From the human T2T-CHM13v2.0 reference genome, Homo sapiens: a stretch of 64,000 nt of DNA. Of the stretch, positions 37,652 through 56,750 are shown piece after piece (positions within the stretch are counted from its first letter, which is position 1; every line of letters starts with the position of its first letter). Below the pieces are notes generated by a model. The model ran no database searches, was not told where the DNA came from, and worked only from the letters and a program-made list of their open reading frames with translations. The stretch lies in the NCBI RefSeq assembly GCF_009914755.1, contig NC_060935.1; one strand, 5' to 3'. The position numbers and the translations under genes were made by a program.

Positions 37652-37721
37652 CTGAGAAAAAACAGTAAGTCAGTGCATGAAAGGTGAAGAAGGAAATGTA
37701 AATTCAGGTCATGCTAAAGCC

Positions 37722-37850
37722 AGGGGAGGGGGTGGGGGAGAGCGCACAGGTGGGCTGGGGGGAGCATAAGGAGGAGGCAGTCTGACACAGGAAAATCGAG
37801 GGGGAAGGAAGGGGAGAGAGAGAGGAGGTGGTAGCAGGAGAAAGGGAAGG
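37722..37850 (+). repeat. Purine-rich / G-run tract (pyrimidine-rich on the transcribed strand)
   Basis: GGGGAGGGGGTGGGGG...GGGCTGGGGGG...GGGGGAAGGAAGGGGAGAGAGAGAGGAGG. Confidence 0.7.
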
Positions 37851-38937
37851 TAAGACAAGAACAGAACATTTTAAACTAACCCAGAACTCCCTTGTGAAGG
37901 ACAAGTCACGAGGCAAGATACAGCTTGAAGGCATGAGCCCCACATTTCACCACTGCAAAAAGATAACGCAGTCTCCCAGGCGTGCATGGAAAGAGGGCTA
38001 GGCAATCCACAACACTGACTCCCAGGGCTCCACAGCATTAGTGAGAGAAAGTCACCCAGGCTTTTCAGCAGCACTAAGTGCCAGCAGCCTTGGCATGTAT
38101 GTTTCAACTGCTTCCCTGAATAGACCCTGGTGCTGGAAAAACCGTATCTACAGGAGAACATATTTCACTGTAAGTATCTGCCTGGCTAAGGGAACAAACA
38201 CTCCATTTCCTTCACTGCTGATATACGCATCCACCTCACCCTAGAGTGGACAGAAGGGAGAAGGAACAAGCTGACAGTCAGAAGGTAGCTCTGCTCTTCT
38301 CCTGCAGTTGACAAGAGAGAACCATGACCTCTGCTCCATTTGCCACACCACTGCTACTTCAGGCCATCCCTGCATTTCTTTCACATTTACATCTTTCTCA
38401 GACAAATAAACCTCCCACTTAGTTTTCCTTTTGCTTCTAAGAGCACAAATGCTAGTAGTGTGTTTAATGACAGCATCAGGAAGGCAAATTGGTACAAAGG
38501 TTGTTCTCACTTTCCTAGTCCTTTCTGGCAAAGAGATTTCTTAAACACACTAAAAAGCTTTGTTGCAAGATGACTTGTGAGGAACTAGCCATTCAGTTAA
38601 GGAAGAAAGCTGAGGGGGAGATGAGAACTCTTAAGGCCCCAGACCTGACCCGGCTATGTCAAGATGGAAGGTGGGGAGGAAATGACTGACAGGCTGTCCT
38701 CTTTCACAAATGCCAGTGAAGAAGGAGGAAGAAATAATGCTTAACCGCCCTTCTCTCTCTCTTGCTTTTATGTTTGACAATACCAAAATATAAGGAATCA
38801 AAATGAGCCAAATGTTCAATTTGATACAGGCCATAAAAGCTCAGTTTCAGGATGGAAAGAAACACAATGAATGGCTAGAAAGGTCAGAAGCAGCAGATGA
38901 GAGAATGCAAAACCCAGCAATAAGATTGGCTAGCTTA

Positions 38938-39550
<613 letters not shown>

Positions 39551-40244
39551 GATTGGCTAGCTTAAATTCTAGAGCCTGGGGCTGACCCTGCTCCTTTAGC
39601 GCATCCTCCCATGGCTCTCCCCGCTGACCACTCAAAAAAGCCCAAAGAAGCAAGAAATCATTTCTCAACCCACCACATTAATTTGACAGACAACTTTTTA
39701 AGGTTCCTGAATGGGGGGTAAGAGTAGGGAGACCAAAAAAGTTTAGGCAATGGAGTAGGATCTTAAAGAGTCAGTCTGATCAGGGCACTAAGATAGAAAA
39801 TCCGCCTCTTAGGGAAATCCAAGTATTTCAGAACGAAGACAACATCTCCACAGCTACTCTGCTTAGGAGAAAAAACACCAACCCTCCAGCCTCCCTGATG
39901 TGGTAAAGACAGTCCATGAGAAGCTTTCCACGGTCACTGGACATGCAAAAGGGAAATAAAAATGTTGCCCGAGGAGCAACAGCCACCATCCTCTCGCAAT
40001 CTGGCCTGGGGCCCAATGGGAGGTCTCTGTCCTCGCGCGCCAGTGAATCAGCAAAGCAACTGCCAGAGGTGGGAGTGCTCTGGGCATCTTAACCCTCTGT
40101 CCCTCACCCCATCCTGCTACTCATAAATAATAATTGAGGAGTTGGGAGCAAGAACATCCACCATTGTAGCTCCAACAGTGGCCAACTTGGAAGCACTCCA
40201 AGCTTGAGAGGAGAGGGAAGAAAGCAAGCTGAGTATGTACTTAC

Positions 40245-40424
40245 TCAAAGTCCTCAAATTCCAAGTCGGTTCCCTCTACTGATGGACCCTGGTTGTCTGA
40301 GGAAGAGGAGGAGGTGGAAGAACGGAGACGGTTCTGTTGGTAGCGCATGGAGCGCTGGCGAATACTGTCTCTCCGTGAGAGATACTGGATCATCCTCTGG
40401 GCGTAGTATGCAGCAGGAGATAAT
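40245..40424 (-). CDS. AMBRA1: AMBRA1 internal coding exon, 180 nt, phase 2-2
   Basis: ctctgtctctctcag|A TTA TCT CCT GCT...GAC TTT GA|gtaagt. Peptide [59 protein letters not shown](E), inside ORF 40241..40540; matches AMBRA1. Confidence 0.97.
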
Positions 40425-41464
40425 CTGAGAGAGACAGAGATGGACAAACACAAACTAGCACTAATGTGGGGAATACTATGAAAGGCAGTTAATCCAGCTC
40501 TCCCATGGCATCTCCCTGCTGAGGTGAACTCTGGAGACATGAAAATTAAAGGGCATTTAACTCAACTCACCAGGAGGTTTGCACTGCAGAATATACTTAT
40601 CAGACTATCACCAGTGTTTCTGTTCTGAGATAAGGCAAACAGGCAGCTTAACCAGACATCTTCTGAGGAAAAGCTGCCCCTCCCCAAGAGAAACACTGGG
40701 CCTTTCCTTCTAGCTTCTGAAGGTACACTTTTAGCTCCTCAGGGTGCTCTTTACACAGAGCTGTGCTCATTCATAGCTTTTCCTTGATCACCATCCATAC
40801 GCAAAATGGAAGACATGAAAGGGACCTGAGCAATTATCTACCATCATGTTTTACAGATGAGAAAAGATGCCAGGAGATGGTAAGCCTCAGATGATTAAAG
40901 AAGGTATCCACAGGTATCTTCACCAGGACTTCTGTCTTCTCCAACAAGTATACACAGCTCCAGATTTGTCCTACCTCCTTAGCATGATCTCTTGGAACCT
41001 CTTTTTCTCTCCCTTAAGAATTAGTCATAGATATTTGTAACATGGGGAAAAAATTCAGAACTGAGACTGACAGTAAAATATACTTGGGAGAACAGAAAAT
41101 CTAACAGAAAAAAATAAAAGAGATTTTTTTCTATTTCTTACAATCAGAGCATCAGAGGCTGCGTGGGCACTGGGCAATATGGAAGGTGAGAGTTGTTCCT
41201 CTTTCTTCTCCTTTATGATGGCTATTCCTGTAAATAATTAGTCCAGATCTACATTCTTCAAACTACGGCTTTAATATCTTGCTACTCCATGAAAACTCCT
41301 AGTGTTATATACAATTCTCCACATTGCCTTCTCAAGTTTTCCTCCATCTCTCACAACAGTATTATATAATTTGACGCTATGGACTGAAAACATGAGAGGA
41401 ACAATAACAGAAAAATGTTTTCTATGATAATATTAAATGGATTACTAAAAAATTTCAAGACTAA

Positions 41465-41890
41465 AAACCTGCCCCAGGCACACTTGACTCAATAATTCTA
41501 CTAGAAACTTTATCCTACAGAAATACATAAGGTTACAAAGATATATATAAGAAAGTTCATTTGCAACATTGTCAGCATTAGTGAAAAACTGGGAAGCAAC
41601 CCAAATGCCCAGCAACAAATTAAATAAATTATTAATATATCCATACAAAGAAACACCATGTAGCAATTAAAGAGAATAAACTATTCCTATATACTCACAA
41701 GGAAAGTCCTCTAAAATAAAATCTTAAGTGGGAGAAAAATTGAAGAATGGTCTGTATACACTAATACATATACTAAAATATGTTGCTGTTACTAGGCAAA
41801 AAAAACTATAAGGGAACAACACAGCAATCCTAATGAGGATTCCTGGGACTTTTGTATTTTATATACTTCCATAATGTTTGAATATAAAAG
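41465..41890 (+). mobile_element. Old L1M(E)-type 3' fragment
   Basis: AAAACTGGGAAGCAACCCAAATGCCCAGCAAC...ATATCCATACAAAGAAAC. Confidence 0.65.
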
Positions 41891-43843
41891 GAAAAGGGCA
41901 TAGATTTTCGGTTTTTTAATGGAAATCAGAAAAAAATTGATTAAGAACAGAAACAGGAATAGTTATATCCAAATGGTACAAAAAGTATTGGCAACTATCT
42001 TGCAAAGAGGTCCTCAGTAAGTCTACCAACCCAGGTCACAGTCAACTGCAGTCAACTGCTAGAGGAACATAGGCTGCCTCTGAAATGCCTGTCATCAAAG
42101 GTGGTATCCTTCTGGCCAACCAGCAAATGGAATTCCCAAGCAGAACAGCTAACAATCTTTTAAACTCAAAAGTCTGTTTTACAGAATAATACACTGCAGT
42201 GAACACCAACGAGTCAATATTATAATATCTGTGTATAGCAAGTAGGCATAGGAGGCACAGATGCCTTGGCCAAGAGAATCAGAGTACAAGAGCTAGTTCC
42301 TAAAAGCCTCAACTGGAGGAACTTTCATTATCTGTTTGGGCCCCTGTTCCCATGCATTTTGCAAGGATGAACCACAGAATCCTAAATTTTCAACCAACAG
42401 AAGTCGATGTTCGTGCACTGTTCTTATATCTGCCCAATATATAGAACTCTTCTAGCAGAAATCAAGCATCATTGGTTAAATTCTCAAGTCAATCAGACTA
42501 GAAAAGAATATACAAGGAGAAAAATCTCAAGAGGAGAAAGAAGACCCTTTTATTTGGAACCGATTCTGAAAAGTGATAAGTACACTTACTTTATAGGCTA
42601 CCCTAAGTAATGGAAAAAACATAATATTATTGGTGATAGAGGTAGACATAATGTTGATGCTAATGATAATAAGAAGACTGCCTTTTTATGTAGGGACATA
42701 GGAATTCCCCAAGCTATGAAACTGTAGATTAATGGTTTAAAAAGCATTCCTGCCACAATTATTAAATACAAGTATATCCTAGCCTTGTCCTTTTAGATAT
42801 GCAGAGGGAAGCTAAGGATCTGAATGCTGAGGTGTCTCACTAAGGCTCTGACCTATACATAGTGTATAGGGTGAAGCCTAAGAGGAAAAAGAAACTAAAC
42901 AACCAGCAATGAGGTAGTAACAATCATCCTCCTAACAAAGAGCTGGAAAATCATCAAACAACCCTAGTCTTCCAAGTGAACATTTTAAATGTTTAAATAA
43001 ATCCTTAAGTTTTCTTCAAGGAAAAATACTTCCTTTTCCAAAAAAACCTATTTTGTATTCAAAGTGTAAAAATACCAACACCACGAAGTATGACACTTTC
43101 CGTGATAAAGATCACAGTAGGATAAATAACAGATTTATTATATAAAAGGAGGATAAATCATGGTCGTTAAGTATCCTTGTAGAACACTGCCAGGTTAAAA
43201 GTTCTGGGGATGAGATGCCTATTGCTGTCTTTATTGCAAGAACTTCTCTATCTCAGTGCTTCAAAGTAATTGATTCATATGAAAAATTCCTTTCCCTTAT
43301 ATTTAGGGTGTATAATCCTCAAACATCATTAGAGACTCACATAAACTTCCTTGTTTCACTCATCATCTATGGTGCCTGCCTGTTTTAAAGTCATCAATCC
43401 TTATGTTCCCTGATCCTTAAGTTTGTCATTTCTAGGGTGTGGAAAAGGAACTAAGAGGATAATGAAGAATCTTTGCACCAGTATCTCAGAAAGAATGCTC
43501 AGTGTCATGACATAACTGTGGCAACAATAAAAGCACTTAATATTCCTGGAATCAACTTGGTCTAAAGGTTTTTCCAGGCAGACCTGAAAGTCCTAATCTA
43601 GAGCAAAGTTCATTTTGCTTTACCTAACCTACACTGCTAACCTGCCAACCCCACAACTGTAAATTACCCTTTTCTTTTGGCAAAGCCTCCTAATGTGCTC
43701 TAGTATTGCTTAAATAATGTGCCTTTTTAGATCACGAACAGAATCCGTAAATCTGGCTGTGACAACCCCAAGGGGCTGCTCTCTGCAGATGAATGTTATC
43801 CATTAATATCCCACCCTTGGTCCTTAGTTATCACCATCAGTGA

Positions 43844-44209
<366 letters not shown>

Positions 44210-44618
44210 TCAAATGTCTTCTAATAAGTGTAAGGCAAGCACTTTAATAAAATGCCAACTTGTTTTATCCATTTACTCCTTCTTCGGTCGTCTCTTCCTT
44301 TGGGCAGTCTCCAAAAATGTCAATACCTGAAGGAGCTTGACTTCTGCCTTTTGATATTCTAAATTCCCTCTCAAATGACAGCAAATTGGGTTTTTTGTTT
44401 AATCTATACATAATTTCCCTATAAATTAAAAACATTTTGTTCCCCTGTTGGCTGTCCATCTGAATGACAACAGCCTCTCTGGCCAACAGAAAAAGAGTAT
44501 CCTATGACTACCTGTGGCCTCTCCAGGTTCCTCCTCTAGCACCACACTTGCGGAAATGAGTCCCAAAGGACAAGAGCTTGGTCATAACCCTCTGTCACCA
44601 GAGGTACTGTTCACTTAC

Positions 44619-44664
44619 CTGCAATACTTCCCCATCACCTGAACCACCTGTCTCAAAACTGTAA
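44619..44664 (-). other. Candidate 46-nt frameshifting (poison) cassette exon
   Basis: ctcttttattcttcag|TTACAG...GTATTGCAG|gtaagt. Consensus donor, 116 nt downstream of the 87-nt exon. Confidence 0.35.
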
Positions 44665-44780
44665 CTGAAGAATAAAAGAGCACCAGGACCAGAGAGGCAC
44701 AGAACGGAGCTTCCAACAGTGTGGCAACCCCAAGGGCCGCCCCTCCCCCCACCTAGTGCCATTTCTCACTTTGGCCTTAC

Positions 44781-44867
44781 CTCGCTGGGTCTGGGTAAAT
44801 TGGGTGCTCTCTGGATCCTGCTCCATCATAACGGGATAATGAAATGAGGGAAGATTCCAGCAGCCTC
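44781..44867 (-). CDS. AMBRA1: AMBRA1 internal coding exon, 87 nt, phase 2-2 (about exon 8 by recall)
   Basis: Minus strand: ctctgctag|G AGG CTG CTG GAA TCT...GAC CCA GCG AG|gtaagg. Translates [28 protein letters not shown](R), recognised as AMBRA1, and joins the next exon in frame. Confidence 0.95.
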
Positions 44868-45479
44868 CTAGCAGAGATTAAAAAAATGGCAATAATCCCT
44901 GTCAATTACCAACTCAGAGGTCATTCATAAGGAAAAATGAGGGAGAGATATATAACTTTCCCCTTTTGCAGCCAGCTAACGCCTGTTATCTGGGATCACA
45001 CCCTTCTACAAGCTAAGTAGGTAGAGACACAAATAAATGAAGAGCTGCAAAACTCCCACACTGGACATGACCACTGCATTCTGCTGAATACTGCTCTTCA
45101 ATGAGAAATGAACAAGTGCTTCAGAGACATGATCTTCTTTCTATTTGCAGTACCTCCAGTAGACAAATAGAAGGTTCGGATCAACACAGGAGTGAAAAAT
45201 TAGGCACACACAGAGATTATCACATAGTGCTAACATTTATCTTGTTGTTTGGTTCCTCCATGCCATCATCATCCACATCTACTTCCTGTCTATCCATTCT
45301 GCTCTGCCTACGCTCTTTTTTCTTTTTTTTTTTTTTGTGAGAATTGAGTACTCCTCAGATATATAACTATAATATATCTATTAAAAATATAAATATATAT
45401 AAGAGTACTCCATAGGCTTTCAACTGACAACGTTTACTTATATAATCTAGCCCAATAACAAACTCAACTGATCATATGT

Positions 45480-46020
45480 GATACGTACATTTTATTGAAC
45501 ACTTTTTTTGATGCCAGGTAATAGGTAATACTGAGCACTTCATATGTATTTGTTTAAACCTCACCACAACCTAGAAAGGTAGGTATGACTACATACATGA
45601 GAACACTGGGCCCAGAAGTTAAAGTGTATCACTCTGTGGCACATAACTATTAAGAGATAGTAACAGGACTCCAGGGAAGGCCTGTCTTAACTCCAAAATG
45701 CCTCAAATCTCTATTTTGTACTGCAAGACCTTCCACGGTCCAGGCAGGAAGCAAGAGCATATGTATTCAATGGAGACTGACAAACAGGAAGGTCTGTGGC
45801 CCATCATTTAGCTCCAGCCAATTGTTACTAAGCTAGAATATAGGCTCAGTATTGCTGGCTTTTCCTATTTTTTAAGGAAAGCTAGAAATCTGGAATTTTG
45901 TATAAAATCTCCTGATTGTTAAATTTTAGCTACAACTTTTTTTTTTTTTTTTTAAACAACAAGGGCCAGTCAGAACACGTATAATAAACACGGCCCAGGG
46001 GCTCCCTGGTTTGCATGTCT
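45480..46020. mobile_element. MIR (~45490-45700) and MER103-like hAT fragment (~45850-46020)
   Basis: TTTATTGAACAC...TGCCAGG; AAGCTAGAAATCTGGAATTTTGTATAAAATCTCCTGATT. Confidence 0.55.
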
Positions 46021-46676
46021 GACATGGTGCTTCCCAACTCACATGTGCCTTGGCAGCCAATCAAGCTCCTGCCCCAGAACATGTTTCAAAGGAAATGGTC
46101 TCAGAGAGGAACGCATATTGTTCCTCTCCAGCAGCATCTTGCCTGCCTTTCCTAGGAACAGGTCCCTGGCTCCCTGCCAGACTCTTCTTTAAAGCAGACC
46201 TGCAGGATAAGGACAGCAGCTACCAATCTTTTCCAATTGATTTAATTCAATTCACTGTTACTAAAACCATCTGGCTTTAGGTATAGTCCTGTGCGGTCAC
46301 TTTATTCCAGCAACTGGCCCACTGCAGTACTTCCCCTAACAGCCTGGGGAAGAGACATAGCAAAGGCCCTAACAACCTGGCTTGCAACCTTTCCTGCCCA
46401 GGACAACCAACTATCAAGTAATGTTTTCTCTCTAGACAAGGCCTATATCCCCATACTTAGACACTTGTAACAATCCTACCACTGAACAGAGAGAACACAA
46501 TGTAAACAAGGAGGAAGAGAGGAAAGCAATAAAATACATCTCTCTGGTTGAAAGACTAAATCTTCAGTAACATCACTGTGGTTCAAATGTGGCAGAAATG
46601 CTGTTTCATCAATTCTAAGACACACTTTTCACCTTTGAATGTGTCTGAGGTTGGGGTGTATTTTACAGTTGTGTGA

Positions 46677-50515
<3,839 letters not shown>

Positions 50516-50564
50516 TCACTTTGTAAAAAGATTTCTTAGAATAGCAACTTGCCCTAATGCTCTA

Positions 50565-50725
50565 CAGCAGGTTTGGTAAACTACAGGCCCCAGGTCAGCT
50601 GTCTTCTTTTGTAAATAAGTGGCTACTTTGGAGCTGGCAAGGCAGAACTGAGGAATCCTGATAGAGACAAAGCCTAAAATACCTACTGCCTAGCCCTTTA
50701 CAGAAGATGTTCGCCCATTTCTGCT
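50565..50725 (+). mobile_element. MER58A-like hAT-Charlie element
   Basis: GGTAAACTACAGGCC...TTTTGTAAATAA...AAAGCCTAAAATA...GCCCTTTACAGAAG. Confidence 0.7.
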
Positions 50726-51054
50726 CTAAAACATTTGCTTACATAGAATTCTTTAAATTACTAAGGGACAGAACAAAAAAGAACTTGAAATTAAAGTATT
50801 GTGCACTGGAAAAAAAACATCAAAAATGAATATTAAGCTCTGCTAAAATCATAATAGGCATATAATTCAAACTGTGAAATCCTGAACATTTTTAAAAGAA
50901 TACAACTATTTTTTCTTTCCCTGATTAATATTCTGAGTTATGTGCAAAGAAGTTCCCTGTATCAGCTGTATTCTTGATCACTAGGAATACAATTTTTAAA
51001 ATAGTCAAAGAAAGCTCTGGAAAAGAAAAAAAGTGGTCGGAGCAGATCAACTGA

Positions 51055-52957
<1,903 letters not shown>

Positions 52958-54256
52958 CCCTATAGCATTTTGTACCTCTCTTAAGAGGCCTTCTCAAGTC
53001 ACCCAGTAACTTATGTCTTGTCTTTGCTACATGAAAACAGGTACTGGATCCAAGTCATCTTTTTATCCCCATCAAAACTCACATCCTAATTAACATGTAA
53101 TAGGAAACCAACAAATATTTAAGTGATGAATCAGCAGCCTAACCAGACTTGGAAGAATAAGCAAGAAGACCTATCTGGTTGCCCCTCACTGGCGACAAGA
53201 CTCTCAGACAAGGTTGCTAGATGCCCAAAACCTCACACTAAAACTCCTGAAGGAACAAGGTTTTCAGAAACTGCTTACATCACCTTCATCCCCTCTGGTC
53301 ACTTATGCTGCTCAGGTTAAAGTGCTGACATAGTTGTCCTGATAAATGCAGTGCAGTCTGGTCCCTGGGAGGCTCATTAAATCAAAAAGCCAGAGGCTGG
53401 CTACTTGCCTGGGAAACTACCACTGATGCTCCTGGACTGTAAATTGCCAAAAGAGACCCCCACAGGGGAAAGAGGGCAATGTTTGCCAGGGGATGAAGGG
53501 GCAGGAGGCCAAATAAACTTGAACGCACTGTGGCTTTCTTCATTTCTGAATCTTACTCTGCAACTCCCCGATCTCTGCCTTGGCGCATGCCTGGGCTGGG
53601 AGATGACAAGCCCTTATTCTTTGTAAAAAATAATTGTGTGTTCTGAAACGACACCTCTATTATGATTTCCAAATTGACATCTCTGCTCTAATGCAGAGGC
53701 ATCCAAGCCTCCCCATTTCACACACTAGCAATTATCGTTTAAGTTATCCAACGATAGGCATTCATCTGATCGCTGCAGGGCCCCCTAGTTTGAGGGGTGC
53801 ACTTAAAGCATGTGATGCAGTTGCCAGCAGAGACTGGCAGGCAATTCCTGCCCCTGATGTGAGGTGGGCCAAGGCAAGGTACCACTGCTAAAATGCTAGT
53901 AACCTCAGGAAAAAAATAGACATACTACAAAAAGACACCACAGTGCCTACAGTGTAGATCAGCCTTATTTTACTATTATCAAATATAAACAATTCACAGA
54001 GTGCAAAATAATGCTTTTCACCAGAAACGCTTAAAAACATCTTTACAAAACATTAATGTATTCCTCAGTGCCTCTGGGCAGTGAGCGATAGATGGCAAAA
54101 CATGAGAGCACAACATAATCGCAGACAGCAAAAGGGAAGAGGCTAGAAACAGAATGTATACATAGTGTGCAATCATGTATCTAGCATTACAAAAGTCTCG
54201 TCTGAGAAGTCAGCCAGTTCCCCCTGGGAACATATGACCCTCTGCTAACTGTCTGG

Positions 54257-54299
54257 TGGGTAGTTATTTTTAATACATGGGTAGTTATTTTTAATACAT
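54257..54299. repeat. Exact 21-bp tandem duplication
   Basis: (TGGGTAGTTATTTTTAATACA)x2. Confidence 0.95.
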
Positions 54300-55914
54300 T
54301 TGTAAGATGACTGGTTGGCACTATGCTTAGCTCCTATATACCCTCAACACATTACACTATAGTTGTAAGACTTGAATGTATAATAAAAACTCACTTTAGT
54401 TAGCAAGTAAACTCAAAGGCCCAAGCCAATCTACATGGACATCTTTACTTAGTATCCAAATCCATTTCCCTGGGAGACTTGGGAGGTCTGCTCACAGACC
54501 ACAGACTTTTTTTTTAACCCAGAATTTACCATCAGAGGCTTTTCACCAGAGGATGAGTAAGACCAAATCTATGGGAAAAAAAAAGGTCCACAGCTAGTTT
54601 TGATGCCACATGCACACATGCCCCCTACATGCAACAGGTGGGATATATAGGGTTTAGAATTTAAGAGGCAGTGTATCCTAATTCACTGATTTCCCCCTGG
54701 AATTTATTGAATTCCATAATGTTGAATTCTTAGCTAATTTTATTCAGAAGCACAGATATATCCTTAAAAGTCTACCTCCAGGCCAACTAAGTCTACGAAG
54801 AATATCCTGGTAGAATCATTTATTGCTGTGATACTAGTAAGCCTGTGAAGGTCTTAAAAAACATTTTTTCACATCCACATTTCTGACCTGAAACTTTAAA
54901 AACCCTTGACCAAGGCCATTCATTAAGAAGTGACAGGTCCTTCACCCTGGTATACTGCAAACACTATATAATAGGAAGTAAAATCTTAGGACGAATATCA
55001 GAAAGGCAAAGCGAGTTAGTACGTGAAGCCTCAAGAGAATGAGGGAAAAGCAAAGCACAGTGTGCTGGGGTGTTTATTAACCAGAGGCAAGGAGGCCAAT
55101 TTCCCAGCTCATATCTGTCCATGGAATGAGGTTTCTAGAATCTGCAGAAATATGAGGGCAGAGACTACAGCTGGGACCCCAAACAATCCACTGTTAGCCC
55201 TTGAGCTAACACAAAGCTCAGAGTACAATCACTTTTCTTATATCCAAGGTTCATTCTGAACTGCTTCTCTTAGTGACATTTGATTTCACTGATTCGCCTC
55301 TGGGGATGTACTACTTGCCCTTTCACCCTGATCTTGACTTCAGCAACCACCCTGATTCCTTTTGGACTCAACATTTGACTCTACTGAAATAATTTCTCCA
55401 CCATTTCCCTCTGTCTAGACAACATGAAATTGTCATAAACGACACCTAAAGTACAATTAGTAGAGAAACTGCAATTTCCACTCTCCTCCCCCGTTCCCAA
55501 AAAGATTCGCACATTAACGTCCTCCAGCATGTCAATCAATACTACCCTGAGGAGGATTAACTCTGTAGAGTCTGGAAGCCATTCAATTCCCTGCTTGCTA
55601 AAAATTATGCATTTTCCCCCTGTACTATAATCAGAAGATGTAAATTGCCTTCTTTTTATTAGCACTAATGGCTATAATCTCAGAGTTCTGAATGCCTGCT
55701 AAATCGATACCTGTGTAAAAAGTCCCACAAACACCGCTTTACCCAGATGCGCTTTATTTAGAAAAATCAGAGACAAAAGACAAAAGATAAGACAGAAGAG
55801 GAGAGAAGCAATGAGAGAAAGGCGTGACACAAGACCACCAGAACCAGGCAGTACTATTAACTATCATAAGAAGATGGTTTGAACCCACTGACAGTTCCTT
55901 GTGAGATGTCATAG

Positions 55915-56273
<359 letters not shown>

Positions 56274-56281
56274 TAATTTAC

Positions 56282-56492
56282 CAGTGCTTTTCAAGGGGAG
56301 TGGAATGCCCCCCAGAAATGTGGCAATGTCTGCTGACATTTTTGGTTTTTGCTTCTGGGTGCCAGAGCACCACCAGTATGTGACAGGTGAAGGCCAGGAA
56401 TGGTGCCAAACATCCTACAATGCACAGGACAGCCTCCCATGGTGAGGAATTATCCAGCCCCAAATGTCAATAGTGCTGCTGTTATAAAACCT
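56282..56492 (+). mobile_element. MER20 hAT-Charlie element
   Basis: GGCAATGTCTG...GCCAAACATCCTACAATGCACAGGACAGCCTCCC...GAATTATCCAGCCCCAAATGTCAATAGTGC. Confidence 0.85.
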
Positions 56493-56559
56493 TTTGATAT
56501 ATCTTAATGGTCTGAGACTAACCAAGAAAACTCTGAGTAACTAAAATATGAGGCAATTT

Positions 56560-56750
56560 AGTGTTTGAGCCTTAGAATCAGACAGACTGCAGTTTAAATT
56601 CCATCTTGTGTCACCCACTGGCTGTGAGACCTTGGGCAAGTTCATTATCCTCTGCTTCCACATTTGAGGGGAAATCTCTTATTTCACATGGTTATTATGA
56701 TTAAGAACCTGTGTCAAGCACAGTAGCCAGTACAGTCTAATAAACAGCCA
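56560..56750 (+). mobile_element. MIR
   Basis: AGAATCAGACAGAC...GCTGTGAGACCTTGGGCAAGT. Confidence 0.65.

Noticed and set aside
44619-44780. In-frame 54-codon extension of the 87-nt exon via the downstream donor
   Set aside because: The first full codon after the normal donor is TAA, so no extended protein; kept only as a poison or decoy candidate.
45346-45411. GAGTACTCC direct repeats around an AT-rich 48-nt spacer
   Set aside because: Only two short copies; most likely a local repair or slippage scar.
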